A DNA stretch of 64,000 bases from NCBI GenBank assembly GCA_964016885.1, contig OZ024743.1, positions 170,500,001 to 170,564,000 on the forward strand. The letters are read 5' to 3'. The notes beneath the pieces are model-generated. The model was not told the origin of the DNA. It was given only the letters and a program-made list of their open reading frames with translations, and ran no database searches. A program made the position numbers and the translations under genes. How positions within the stretch are numbered: the first letter of the stretch is position 1; the number at the start of each line of letters is the position of its first letter. Positions 26,289-37,569 of this stretch are shown one piece after another. This DNA is from Eledone cirrhosa (Eukaryota).

Positions 26289-29200
26289 TCATCATCATCA
26301 TCATCATCATCATTTTACGTCCGCTTTTCCCTGCTTGCAAGGGTGGGACGGGTCTTATTCAGCACAGCATCTCTCCACTCGTCACGGTCCCTCGTCATCT
26401 CCACCGTGAGCTTCAATGATCTGAGGTCTGTTCTCACCACCTCCGCCCATGTTTTTCGTGGTCTACCTCTACCACGTCTTCCTTCAACTGGCATTTCCTG
26501 GCACTTCTTCACCCATCGGTCATCCTCCATGCGCATCACATGTCCATACCACCTCAGTCTCCTCTCCCGTACACTACATTCTATCCCTCTCAGACACAGT
26601 TTCTCTCTCAACACATTTATGCTGGGTCGTTCACGCACATTTACACTGCACATCCAACGGAGCATGCTTGCCTCATTTCTCTCCAGCCGTCGCATATCTT
26701 CTGCGGTAGCTGCCCATGTCTCACTACCATGCAGCATCGCGCTCCTCACACAGGCATCATACAACCGGCCTTTCGTACGCAGGGAGAAACCCTTCTTCGT
26801 CAACAGAGGAAGCAGCTCCCTAAACTTCTTCCAACCCGTCCTTATTCTAGATACTATGGCCTCGGAACACCCTCCTCCCATGCTAATCTGATCTCCTAGG
26901 TACCGGAAGCTATCCACCACTTCTATAGCGCCCTCTCGCATTTGAAAAATGTGTCTATCAGTGCGACTTCTACTGTCTAATTTCCCTGTACATCTACTGC
27001 ATACATATTTCTCCCTACCTGTTAGTTTGCCTGCTATCCCGCTACATCTCTTGTGTACCCAGGACCTACATTGTGTGCATTTTATAGAATTTATGCCAGT
27101 TCCTTTTCTGCATATCGAACATGGCCATTTCCCTGACGGAATCAGGGTTTTGTCCTCTTTTCTACTCATCAACACTTTTGTCTTAGCTAGATTTACTCTC
27201 AGTCCTCTTGCTTCCAACTGCTGTTTCCATAGCCGGAATTTATTCTCTAGCTCCTCTACTGATTCTGCCATAAGAGCCAGATCGTCAGCATAGAGAAGTT
27301 CCCATGGACAGCCAGTCTTAAACTCCTCTGTTATGGCTTGGAGGACTATAATGAACAAGAGCGGGCTGAGGACCGAACCCTGATGTACTCCTACTTGTAT
27401 CTGGAATTCCTCACTAAACTCCATTCCTACCCTGACTTTACTGAGAGTACCTCTGTACAAAGTTTGCACTGTCCTTACAAGCCATTCCTCAACACCCAGC
27501 TTCCTTAGGGACCACCAGATGACAGATCGGGGTACCCTATCAAAGGCCTTCTCTAGGTCAACAAAGGCTAAGTATAGTGGCTTATTCTTCTCTAAGAACC
27601 TCTCTTGCATTTGTCTCACCAAGAAGAGGGCATCTGTTGTACTCTTCCCAGGCACAAAACCAAACTGCATCTCATCTAGTTTGACCCTTTCTCTAATTAG
27701 TTGTGCTAGAATCCTTTCTGCCACTTTCATAACCTGATCTATCAGTTTTATACCCCTATAATTGCTCCTCTCCAAAGCATCCCCTTTACCTTTGTAGCAA
27801 TTTATGAGAATACTGCTGCACCAGTCTTTGGGTATGACACCACCATATATAGCCTGATTGATTATGCGTGCAACCAGTTTAGTGCCTACGTCCCCTGATG
27901 CCTTCAGCATCTCAGCAACTATTCTCGATGGTCTGGCAGCCTTACCATTTTTCATTTCCCTAATCGCCTCTTGGACCCTATATTCGTCAATATCAATAGC
28001 TGGTCCCTCTGTCGGATCTACCAAGGGTAATTTCTCTCTCTCCCATTCGTTCTCCACATTCATCAGTCTCTCATAATGACATTTCCAGGCCTCCTTTTTC
28101 TGGTCATTCGTGACACTAAGTACACCGGCATCATCCCGGACACATTTATCACCAACAACATCCTGATTTGCATTGACACACTGCCTTGCAATGTGGAACA
28201 CCGCACGCCTCTGATCTTCCCGTCGCAGAATATTGGCAAACCTCCTACTCTCTGCCTCCCTGCGTGCTAAGTACACCTGACGTCTAGCTTCTCTCTTAGT
28301 GGCTGTATATTCTTCCCTACTCCCACCCTTATTCCAAGCCTTCCATGCTAGTCTTTTGTCTCTAATAGCCTTATCTACACTGCTGTTCCACCACCAGGTC
28401 ACTCTCTGTCTGGTTGGAGCTCTGCTCCAGCCACAGGTTTCATCAGTAGCCTTCAGCAAGTTGTCACGTAAGAACTTCCAGTTATTATCTATGTCATACG
28501 TCTCTAAATCGTCTTCTTTTTCGTCATATACATCTTGAAGGGCTTTCCTAAATTTGAATTTTAGTGAAAGGTCTTTTAGCTTCCAGACCTTTCTTCTCCA
28601 CACCTTCCTATATGTCTCATTCCATCTCTTGCTTACTGAGATATCACTAACAACTAACCTATGCTGTGGGGTACATTCTTCCCCAGGGTATGCCTTGGTA
28701 TTAGACACTATCTGCCTGTCCCGCTGCCTAACTAGCAGGAAGTCAATCTGGCTTATGTGCTCACCAGATTTGTAGGTTATTAGGTGATTGGCAGGTTTCT
28801 GGAAGTTTGTGTTGCAAATAGTCAATGTACTTGCATCACAAAATTCAAGAAGTCTCACTCCTTCTTCATTTCTTGAACCGTAACCGTGCCCACCATGTAC
28901 CCCAGTGTAACCATCCTGGAGCTGTCCAACATGACCATTGAAGTCTCCTGCTAGCATAACGATGTCTCCGTCCTCTGTCATTGTGGTTGTTTGCAAAAGT
29001 TGCTCATAAAAGCAGTCTTTCTCATCTTTGCCTAGGCCTGCTTGGGGAGCATAGACCGAGATGATTGTCAGTAGTCTCCTACCTACAACTAATCTAAGCT
29101 TAATTATTCGATTACTAACTCGAACTACCTCTATTGTCTTATTGATCCATTTCTCAGCCAGGAAAATGCCTACTCCCCCTAACCCATCATCCTTACCTAC

Positions 29201-29845
29201 CCAGAATAGCTTATAGCTAAGACGCTTGCCTACGACTAGTCTCGCAGAGGCACCCCTCCATCTCACCTCTTGCACGCAGCACACATCCACCTGCCTTCTC
29301 TCCAGCATCTCCGCTATTTCAGCAGATCTACCTCTGAGAGTGCCAACATTAAGTGTTGCAACTCTGAGATGCGACGTCTTCATATTTTTCTATGCTGTTT
29401 TGTTGGTGTGCTGATAAGCTTTTTGGCATTGATACACTGGTTGGATGCCCTTCCTAACACCAGCGCCACTTTACAGCATGGACTGGGTGCTTTTATTTGT
29501 GCCACCAGCACTAGAGAGGATGTCTTACTAGACTCAAGGGCCCTCTCTACCCCTCCATTTTACAGCATGGTCATTAAAAAAAAAAAAAAAAAAAAAAAGG
29601 AAACTTATTGACACGACTCACACACTAATACTCATGCATACAAACCACAACCACACATACCAACACTCATTCATGCATACAATCACGCACACCACTCACA
29701 AACATATATATATATACATATATTACCGACAGTACTGATACAAAATCAAAATCAAAGTCAAAATCAAAATCAAAATCAAAATCGTCAAAATCACTATCAT
29801 GTCAACTGTTGACCTTTCCCAGTCCAGTTCGGCTTGTATATAATA
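26289..29845 (-). mobile_element. Near full-length RTE-clade LINE, family A copy 1
   Basis: Single long ORF and (TGA)n tail directly after the stop codon. The ~460-bp 5' region is shared with the copy at 58370-61850. Confidence 0.93.
26315..29383 (-). CDS. RTE LINE ORF (1022 aa): APE endonuclease + reverse transcriptase with inserted PHD finger
   Basis: ATLNVGT, VQEVRW, GDFNGH, QIDF, PQH; NYRGIKL, QFGF, DLEKAFD, GVHQGSVLSP, YADD, FRYLG; C4HC3 motif. The frame is intact. Confidence 0.93.
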   Translation of the reverse strand: MKTSHLRVATLNVGTLRGRSAEIAEMLERRQVDVCCVQEVRWRGASARLVVGKRLSYKLFWVGKDDGLGGVGIFLAEKWINKTIEVVRVSNRIIKLRLVVGRRLLTIISVYAPQAGLGKDEKDCFYEQLLQTTTMTEDGDIVMLAGDFNGHVGQLQDGYTGVHGGHGYGSRNEEGVRLLEFCDASTLTICNTNFQKPANHLITYKSGEHISQIDFLLVRQRDRQIVSNTKAYPGEECTPQHRLVVSDISVSKRWNETYRKVWRRKVWKLKDLSLKFKFRKALQDVYDEKEDDLETYDIDNNWKFLRDNLLKATDETCGWSRAPTRQRVTWWWNSSVDKAIRDKRLAWKAWNKGGSREEYTATKREARRQVYLARREAESRRFANILRREDQRRAVFHIARQCVNANQDVVGDKCVRDDAGVLSVTNDQKKEAWKCHYERLMNVENEWEREKLPLVDPTEGPAIDIDEYRVQEAIREMKNGKAARPSRIVAEMLKASGDVGTKLVARIINQAIYGGVIPKDWCSSILINCYKGKGDALERSNYRGIKLIDQVMKVAERILAQLIRERVKLDEMQFGFVPGKSTTDALFLVRQMQERFLEKNKPLYLAFVDLEKAFDRVPRSVIWWSLRKLGVEEWLVRTVQTLYRGTLSKVRVGMEFSEEFQIQVGVHQGSVLSPLLFIIVLQAITEEFKTGCPWELLYADDLALMAESVEELENKFRLWKQQLEARGLRVNLAKTKVLMSRKEDKTLIPSGKWPCSICRKGTGINSIKCTQCRSWVHKRCSGIAGKLTGREKYVCSRCTGKLDSRSRTDRHIFQMREGAIEVVDSFRYLGDQISMGGGCSEAIVSRIRTGWKKFRELLPLLTKKGFSLRTKGRLYDACVRSAMLHGSETWAATAEDMRRLERNEASMLRWMCSVNVRERPSINVLREKLCLRGIECSVRERRLRWYGHVMRMEDDRWVKKCQEMPVEGRRGRGRPRKTWAEVVRTDLRSLKLTVEMTRDRDEWRDAVLNKTRPTLASREKRT

Positions 29846-30503
29846 ACAATAACAATAATAATTGTTTGTTTACGCTGGTAATGGCGGTGGTGGATGGTGT
29901 CAGTGTGGTGGTGGTGGATGGTATCAGCGTGGTGGTGGTGGATGGTCAGTGATGGTGGTGGCAGTTGTTGGTGCTGTAGTTGTTATTGTAGTTGTTACTG
30001 TTGTTGTTGTCCTTCATTTCACTGCTGCTGTTGCTGCAGACAATGGTGTTGATGCTGTTATTGCTGTCGCATATATACAAATACATACACACACATTCAA
30101 CACAGACGATGGTGTTGTTGCTGTTGTTGTTGTTGTTGGTGTTGCTGCTGTTGTTGTTGTAGTTGTTGCTGTGTTGAAATCTGGTCGCATCCACTGAGAT
30201 ATACATATACACACACATACACATATGTATATACACATACATACATCAAAAGAGAGTCAGCAGTATGTCAACAGGGGACAGGACAGCGACCTTAGAGTAA
30301 TGTGGTGATGGTGGGGAGCGAGTGTAGGCGTTATTGTTAGTGTGGTGACGGGGGGGGGGGGTCAGTGAGATGTTACAAGTTCATAGATCACTTCTCTCTT
30401 TTCCTCTCTCTTCAAAATTTTGAATTGATGGCCTTTTGCAATGGCGGACAAGTATATATAATATATATATATGAAGCAAAGAAAAGAAAATTTTCACTGA
30501 TAT

Positions 30504-30800
30504 GAAAGATTTCCTGGTAGAAGTTCAGGTGTATTCAGTAATTGGTATCCAGTTTCGGGGTATCCAATTAGAAAATCCAACGAATCTTTAAGAGGGGTCC
30601 ACGCAACCATTGATATATATATCTATATATGTAAAATGCAAGCAGAAATGACAACGAAAGATTTCCTGGTAGAAGTTCAGGTGTATTCAGTGTTGGTATC
30701 CAGTGTTAGGGTATCCAATTAGAAAATCCAACGAATTTTTGAGAGGGGTCCACGCAAGCATATATATAGATATATGCAAAATGCAAGCAGAAATAACAAC
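30504..30800. repeat. 152-bp tandem duplication (2 diverged copies)
   Basis: gaaagatttcctggtagaagttcagg begins at 30504 and again at 30656. Confidence 0.85.
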
Positions 30801-31033
30801 ACATATACTAATGAACATACATTAAACACAGAGGGACTGTAAATGATAATAGCAATATCTAGATATAAATATATAAATGTACATATCTCTATTGGTCTCA
30901 TAAATTTTAAATTTTCTCTTTCCTCTTGTGTGTGTGTAGCAACACGTGGTTGTGTGTTGCTGCTGACTCTAGCAGAGCCCAAGAAAACACGTCTTGCCCT
31001 AACAGCCGCTGCTCCCTATCTATATATATATAT

Positions 31034-31390
31034 ATCATCATCATCACCATTTAATGTGTATTTTTCCATGTTTGCATGGGTTAGACGGGTCATCCACGTC
31101 ATAGACAAATCTGGCCAATTGACCGCGCTGTACCTTGCTCAGACGGAACTGATTTGGCAGGGATTTTTACAGCTGGATGCCCTTCCTAACACCAACTACG
31201 TTTACAGTGTGGAACTATGAGGAGGCTCTGGCCAGTTGACCGTGTCATACCCTGCTCACATCGGAACCATAGTTTGAGATCTGGTTGGTCCCGCTCTGAG
31301 GGTGGTTGTGCGAGTTTGCTATGCCAAGCCTTACTCATAAAGGAGCTGTGCTACCCAGTGGTCTTGATATGAGCCAAGTCTGGCCAGATA
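31034..31390 (-). mobile_element. RTE-tail-derived non-autonomous element
   Basis: (CAT)n tail, ctggatgcccttcctaacaccaac core and repeated internal modules. Similar elements lie at about 22860-23120, 33995-34255, 53900-54120, 54720-55070 and 57310-57525. Confidence 0.7.
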
Positions 31391-31449
31391 GTATATATAT
31401 ATATATATATATATAGTTAAAAGAATAGAGGTGTAACACACAAGTTATT

Positions 31450-32555
31450 ATATATTGGTAAACGGAATAGAAAATGCTGACAAATTGTTCACAGTTGAAA
31501 AATGGTTTAATTAGGAATAAAAGAGTATGAGTGATTGTATGGGTTAGTATTCAGTTGTGGTTTTAAGTTTTTAAGTTTTTACCGGTTGCGCATTTCTAAA
31601 TGCTTTTCAAAAATAATTTTGAGATAGAGTGTCCGTGCTGTTTGCTCTGATCTGATTAGTTTTGGGAATTCTACCTGTTTTTATGTTAAAAAAGTGGCTC
31701 CAGCATTACTTTGGTGTTGCAAAATTTCTTGTGGTCAAAACAATTTTGATTGGTCGGTAGAGGTCATGTGAGTGTAAAAAATTGATTTTGCGCCAAGACT
31801 GTTTTTATGTTAAAAAAGTGGCTCCAGCAACAATTCTTGTGGTCAAAACAATTTTGATTGGTCGGTAGAGGTCATGTGAATAAAAAATTGGTTTTGCGCC
31901 AAGATTGAGAAATGACTCTTTCACAACAAATATGTGTGTGTGTGTGTGTGTGTGTGTGTAGTAGTAGTAGTAGTAGTAGTAAGGTGTTCGATGTTGTGAT
32001 AATGGTTAGCATCACTGCTAACCATTATCACAACATCGAACACCTTACTACTACTACTACTACTACTACACACACACACACACACACACACATATTTGTT
32101 GTGAAAGAGTCATTTCTCAATCTTGGCGCAAAACCAATTTTTTATTCACATGACTTCTACCGACCAATCAAAATTGTTTTGACCACAAGAATTGTTGCTG
32201 GAGCCACTTTTTTAACATAAAAACAGTCTTGGCGCAAAATCAATTTTTTACACTCACATGACCTCTACCGACCAATCAAAATTGTTTTGACCACAAGAAA
32301 TTTTGCAACACCAAAGTAACGCTGGAGCCACTTTTTTAACATAAAAACAGGTAGAATTCCCAAAACTAATCAGATCAGAGCAAACAGCACGGACACTCTA
32401 TCTCAAAATTATTTTTGAAAAGCATTTAGAAATGCGCAACCGGTAAAAACTTAAAAACTTAAAACCACAACTGAATACATCACTAATACTCTTTTATTCC
32501 TAATTAAACCATTTTTCAACTGTGAACAATTTGTCAGCATTTTCTATTCCGTTTA

Positions 32556-32564
<9 letters not shown>
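31450..32564. repeat. ~1.1-kb foldback (two ~560-bp inverted arms, 4-nt loop at 32012-32015)
   Basis: The arms are reverse complements apart from a few substitutions and an indel. Each arm contains an internal ~105-125-bp tandem duplication and (TG)n/(TAG)n tracts. Confidence 0.95.
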
Positions 32565-32621
<57 letters not shown>

Positions 32622-32625
<4 letters not shown>

Positions 32626-33985
32626 TCATCATCATTTTATGTCAGTTTTTCCGTGCTTCCATGAGTTAAATGGGTCTTTTCCAGCATTGCATCATACTAC
32701 TTGTCATGGTTCGTTATTATCTCCTCTGTGAGCTTCAGTGATTTAAGATCAACTCTCACAACTTCTGCCCAAGTCTTCCTTATTCTCTCTCAGCTGCAGC
32801 TTCCTTCCACTGGAATTTATTGGCACTTCTTTACCCAATGATTGTCATCACATGACTATACTAACACACTACATCTGATTCCTCTTATACCCAGTTTTTC
32901 TCTCAGCTCATGCATACATTAGTATTGCATATCCATTAGAGAATGCTTGCTTCCTTCCTTACTAACTATCGCATATCCTCTGTATCTACTGCCAATGTCT
33001 CATTGCCATGCAACATCGCACATCACACACAGGTATCATACAGCCAGCCTTTCGTTCATCAGAGAAACCTTTTGTTGTCAACAGAGGGAGCAGCTTCCTG
33101 AACCTTTTCCATCTTGTTCTTATTCTAGCTACTACACTCTCAGAGCAAATTCCTCCACTGTTAAATTAGACCAGCTAGGTAGCAGAAACTATGAACTACC
33201 TCTATTAATTCTTCTCAGGATTGGAAAAAGTTTAAATTCACTGATGTTCTTTATACCAACTATTCCTGTGCATCTGCTAAATACAAAGTCTTCTTTTTCT
33301 GATTGCTTGCTATGCCACCCCACCCCTTGTATATCCCAGATTTACACTGTGTAAATCATATACATTCTCTACCTACTCCTTTTCTACATATCAAACAAGG
33401 CCATTTCCCTAATGGGATCAGGGTTCCATCTTCTTTCCTATTTCCTAAAACTTTAGTTTTAATTCTAGTTTCTGTTTCCAAAGTTGGAATTTCTTCTCTA
33501 CCTCTTCCACTGATCAACATATAGAAGTTTCTATGGATAGCCAGTCATAAACTCTTCTGTTATTGCCTGGAGAACTATAATAAACAGGCTGAGGACTGAG
33601 CCCTGAGGAACATCTACTTACACATTGAATTCCCATACTGATAACTCTTCTATACATGGCTTCTACTGCTCTCACAAGTCATTTTTTGTTTCTAGTTTCC
33701 TTAAGGGCCACCAGAGACAGATTGTTATGAGGTGGATCTGGCCAATTGGCCACACCATACCCTGCTCACATCGGAACCATAATTTGGGAGCTAGGTATAG
33801 TGGCTTACACTTAGCTAGAAACTTGTCTCACTAAGAAAAGGGCATCTGTAGTGATCCTCCCTGGCATTTAATTCGCATTTAAGTTAACTCTTTCTGCCAC
33901 TTTCATAACTTGGTCCATCAGTTTTATGCCTCTCTAGTTTCTTTCTAGCACATTAACTTTTCCCTTTTAACAATTAATGAGAGTA
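32622..33985 (-). mobile_element. Old, degraded PHD-type RTE LINE 3' half
   Basis: Homologous to 26290-27810 (IPLGKWPCLICRKGVG, ELLPLLTTKGFSL), with many indels. Confidence 0.8.
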
Positions 33986-34390
33986 TATATATACGGTAAA
34001 GTAGTCATGTAGGTGACACAACAAAAAGCGCCCAGCCCACACTGTAAAGTGGTCGTATAGGTGTCACAACAAAAATCACCCAGTACACACTGTAAATATG
34101 GTTGGTGTTAGGAAGGGCTTCCAGCCGTAGAAACCAAGCCAAAACCAGTTCCGTATCAACAAGTCATGGTCATCAGACCTGGCATGCTCACAACAGGGCA
34201 ACTCGTCTAACCCATGCTAACGTGGAAAATGGACATTAAATGGTGATGATGATGATATATATATATCATCATCATCATACATCTGCTGGTTAGGGTTGGA
34301 TGGATTTGTGGTGATGGTGGTGATGATAATGGGGTTGAGATGGTCATCATAGCCATGTTTTTAATTCAGTTTTATGTTGTTATTTTGCAG

Positions 34391-34472
34391 ATGGCCAGTT
34401 TCCTATCAACACCGAATCAGTCCATAGTGATCATGACTTCCTTGATACAGATTCTCTACAAGCCCTCAGCAG
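34391..34472 (+). CDS. DLC1: DLC1-like RhoGAP, SAM-domain exon (82 bp)
   Basis: ttttgcag acceptor and gtacac donor. Phase is compatible with the previous exon. Translates DGQFPINTESVHSDHDFLDTDSLQALSR, similar to DLC1 DFLFPIDISLVKREHDFLDRDAIEALCR. Confidence 0.9.
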
Positions 34473-34916
34473 GTACACTTAAACATTCTTCTTTTCAATT
34501 CCTCATACTCTACTCTCAACAGTTACCATTGTCTTGGTACATTATCTTATTGTACATATATTTCAGTGAAGGTGTGTGGCTTAGTGGTTAGGGTGTTCAG
34601 CTTATGATCATAAGATTGGGAGTTTGATTTTCGGTGGTGCATTGTGTCCCTGAGCAAGACACTTTATTTCACATTACTTCACTCAGCTGACTAGAATGAA
34701 TTCTACTTGTAATTCTGTGTCTGTAGAATGCTAGCCACTTGTAAGTTAATTTTACGAGCAGGCTGTTTCATTGATTGAATCAATTAGAACACTTCTCATC
34801 ATAACCGATGGAGTGCTAGTTTTTAGATATATTTCAATGGAATATTACTGTGGAATGGGTTGAGTTAAATATTGCTGCAGGATGGTTTGAGTGAGTATGG
34901 CTATAGGAAGGTTTAA

Positions 34917-35311
34917 ATGAATATTCAAGACAATAACTTTGATGTGAAAGAAGAGTGGCGAAGATCATGGAATGAGTCCAAATGTGCCGACCAATACTTC
35001 GTCCAGGACCTCACATCTAAACCAGCCAGCTTTGATCTTCCCAGAAAGTACTGGGTCTCCCTTAATCGGATCTGCACAACACATGGCAGGACAGCCTATC
35101 ATCTCCATCAATGGAAAATGAAAGACAACCCAGCATGTGACTGCGGGGACCCTGGCAGGACAGTGCTGCATGTTGTTCAAGATTGCCCCCTTAGACATTT
35201 TCCCAGTGGTCTAGAGGCAATTCATAATACTACTAATGACACCTTAGTCTAGCTCACCAATCTCGATCTGTCTCTTTAACCACTGTGCATATGTCATACA
35301 AGAAGAAGAAT
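34917..35311 (+). mobile_element. I-group (ingi/Nimb-like) LINE 3' end
   Basis: FDLPRKYWVSLNRICTTHGR...W...CDCG...T..H....CP, followed by an (AAG)n tail. Confidence 0.65.
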
Positions 35312-35815
35312 GAATATGTTTCTTTTAGGAGAGTGTGAGTGAGTATGGTTGTAGGAAGGGTTAAGTAAAATTTGGTCAAAAAGAATCTTCAAAATCAGAT
35401 TCAGTCTCTAATTGGAACATCACTGTCTTCATTTTTTCATTTCACTAATAAACACTATGAGAAAGGCATACTCATCACAACTTCTCATTCTCAACCTCAT
35501 CAATAAATGAGACAAAATAAAATAAAAATGAACCTACCCTTCTCATCTTCAAGTCATAAAAGATAAAATATATTGATCATGAATATATGATCTATATATC
35601 ACATATGTCTTTTTTAAATTTTTATTCCTTTATCTTTTCAAAGAACTTAAACTCAAAATGTTGAAACGCTTTCTATTTCCATTTCCAGAGAGACAACCTA
35701 ATAACTACACTTGTTTACGTTATCTTTTTTGTTATCCTTCTTTTCTTGACCTAAAGTTTCCACCTTGATATATGTGTGTGCATGAATAAAACAACTTGCA
35801 TTTTCTTCTTTCCAG

Positions 35816-35876
35816 ACGTCTGGATATTCTTAACAGATGTTCTAAAGTACAGATAGATACAGCCAGAAGTAAAACT
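35816..35876 (+). CDS. DLC1: DLC1-like RhoGAP, end of SAM domain exon (61 bp)
   Basis: ttttcttctttccag acceptor and gtaagt donor. Translates RLDILNRCSKVQIDTARSKT, similar to DLC1 RLNTLNKCAVMKLEI. Ends in phase 0. Confidence 0.9.
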
Positions 35877-37569
35877 GTAAGTACTAAAACTTTTTTAATA
35901 TATTTAGCTTCTCTTCCTGCCACCTCTTGTCTTTTCTTTCTTTCTTTGTCGGTTTTTTTTCTATCACCAATCACTCATACACACAAACACACACTATGAG
36001 TGTGAGGAAAATTATCTGTACCTTGAGATTCAAGCCTCTCCAGAACAGCACTGTTATTCTGCCATCCAATCCTGACAGGCCACAAGTTGAATACACCTTG
36101 TAGTTATCAAAGATGGGTGCATTTCCAAAATTCTTGTCTCACAGATGGCTACCACATTTATGTCTAGTGATCAAGATCATTGAGCAAGTAACCTTGCTTC
36201 CAAGCTGATTCCAGACCATGCATATTTATACTTCCCACACTAATTACAGCTATGGGAGAGGTCATTTACCTTGGTTCCTGAGAAGAATGGTTGATTCTAT
36301 CTTCTCATTTATTATCAGAGTTCTGAAAGGCCTTTTCTAGTGCTCTTTTTGTAGGATTTATGATGAAAGGTTCAATGTCTTTCAGAAACTGGCTCTTTAG
36401 TGGTTGATATGGGTATGTGTTTATATCAGTAAAATGTGTTTTCAATAGGAATTTTTTGAACCCTTCAACTTTGCATGCATATCATTATAGTGTTGTGAAA
36501 TTGTGATCATGTTGTGGTTATGAGCTTGGCTGTTACTCTTGTATTGTTTTTTTGTTTTTTGTTTTTTCATTCTTCCTTTTGTAATTTTTGGTTATGCTGT
36601 TATTGTTGTGATTGTTGTTGTGGTAGTGGGCTGAGTGTGTGGTTAGTTAAAGAAGCATTTGCCACCCTGTGGAATTTTCTGGCTTTGATTTTAGGGTAGT
36701 TATTCTCCCTTATTTTACTCTTCTCCCTTGCACAGGTGGTTTTCGTTCCTCAACTTTGTCACATGACAACTTTTGCTTTCAAATAGGTCTAAGGTACTGG
36801 AGAAATAAGGAATATCTTCATCCGTGTGTGTGTAAGTCAGTATTTGTGTTGGTTGTGTGAGAGAGCATTGTTATGAGGTTTTCTTGGAGGGAAGGGGAGG
36901 TTGATAGAGCAGCCTTCTGTTGATTTTCTGTTGGTGGTGGTGGTACTGTTGCTTCAGTATCAATGATATCAGCTGTGTTTGTTGCTGATTCTTTTTGTTG
37001 CAGTAGGTATAGCATTGGTAAGGGTGCCAGTTATCCTCCTCTTATCTGTGTTTAGGGCAGAAAGCCCTTAGGTGGTTGTTAGCACCATAAATATAATGCC
37101 TGGGTATTCTTCCTTATTGGTTACAAACAGCTGTGTGCCATTTGGAAGTTCAATAATGTTAGCAGTTCTTTGGAGCTTTTTCTGATGTATTTGGAGCAAA
37201 ACTTCCATCCCAAGTCCAATCAAGCTCTCCTGGCATGATTTGTGAATCTGGAAGGTGTTTTCATTATTCTCTTCATCCTCCAGGATGTATGCTACTAAAC
37301 AGGAGATCATTTATTTCAGCACTCACAGTCCCCTGTCACATCTTTTCCTATATACACCAGAATTAACAAGAAATCTTCACTCTTTAGGGCTTGCAAAGCA
37401 AATCTTTTATCATGTCATATTCCCTTCCACAAGAAACAAAACTTTTCTTTTTCCATACCTGATGTTAGACCCATTGTGCTTCCAAAATAGAGGGACACGA
37501 CTAGCATTTATTGTAGAGGTTTATGCACTTAGAAATAACCATACAATAATGATAATCTTCTTTGCCCCA

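Noticed and set aside
26343-28775. Plus-strand ORFs overlapping the LINE ORFs (also 45441-48166 and 58355-60586)
   Set aside because: They are antisense shadows of the RT coding frame with no independent protein features.
30504-30800. 152-bp tandem repeat as another retrozyme
   Set aside because: No hammerhead core was found on either strand.
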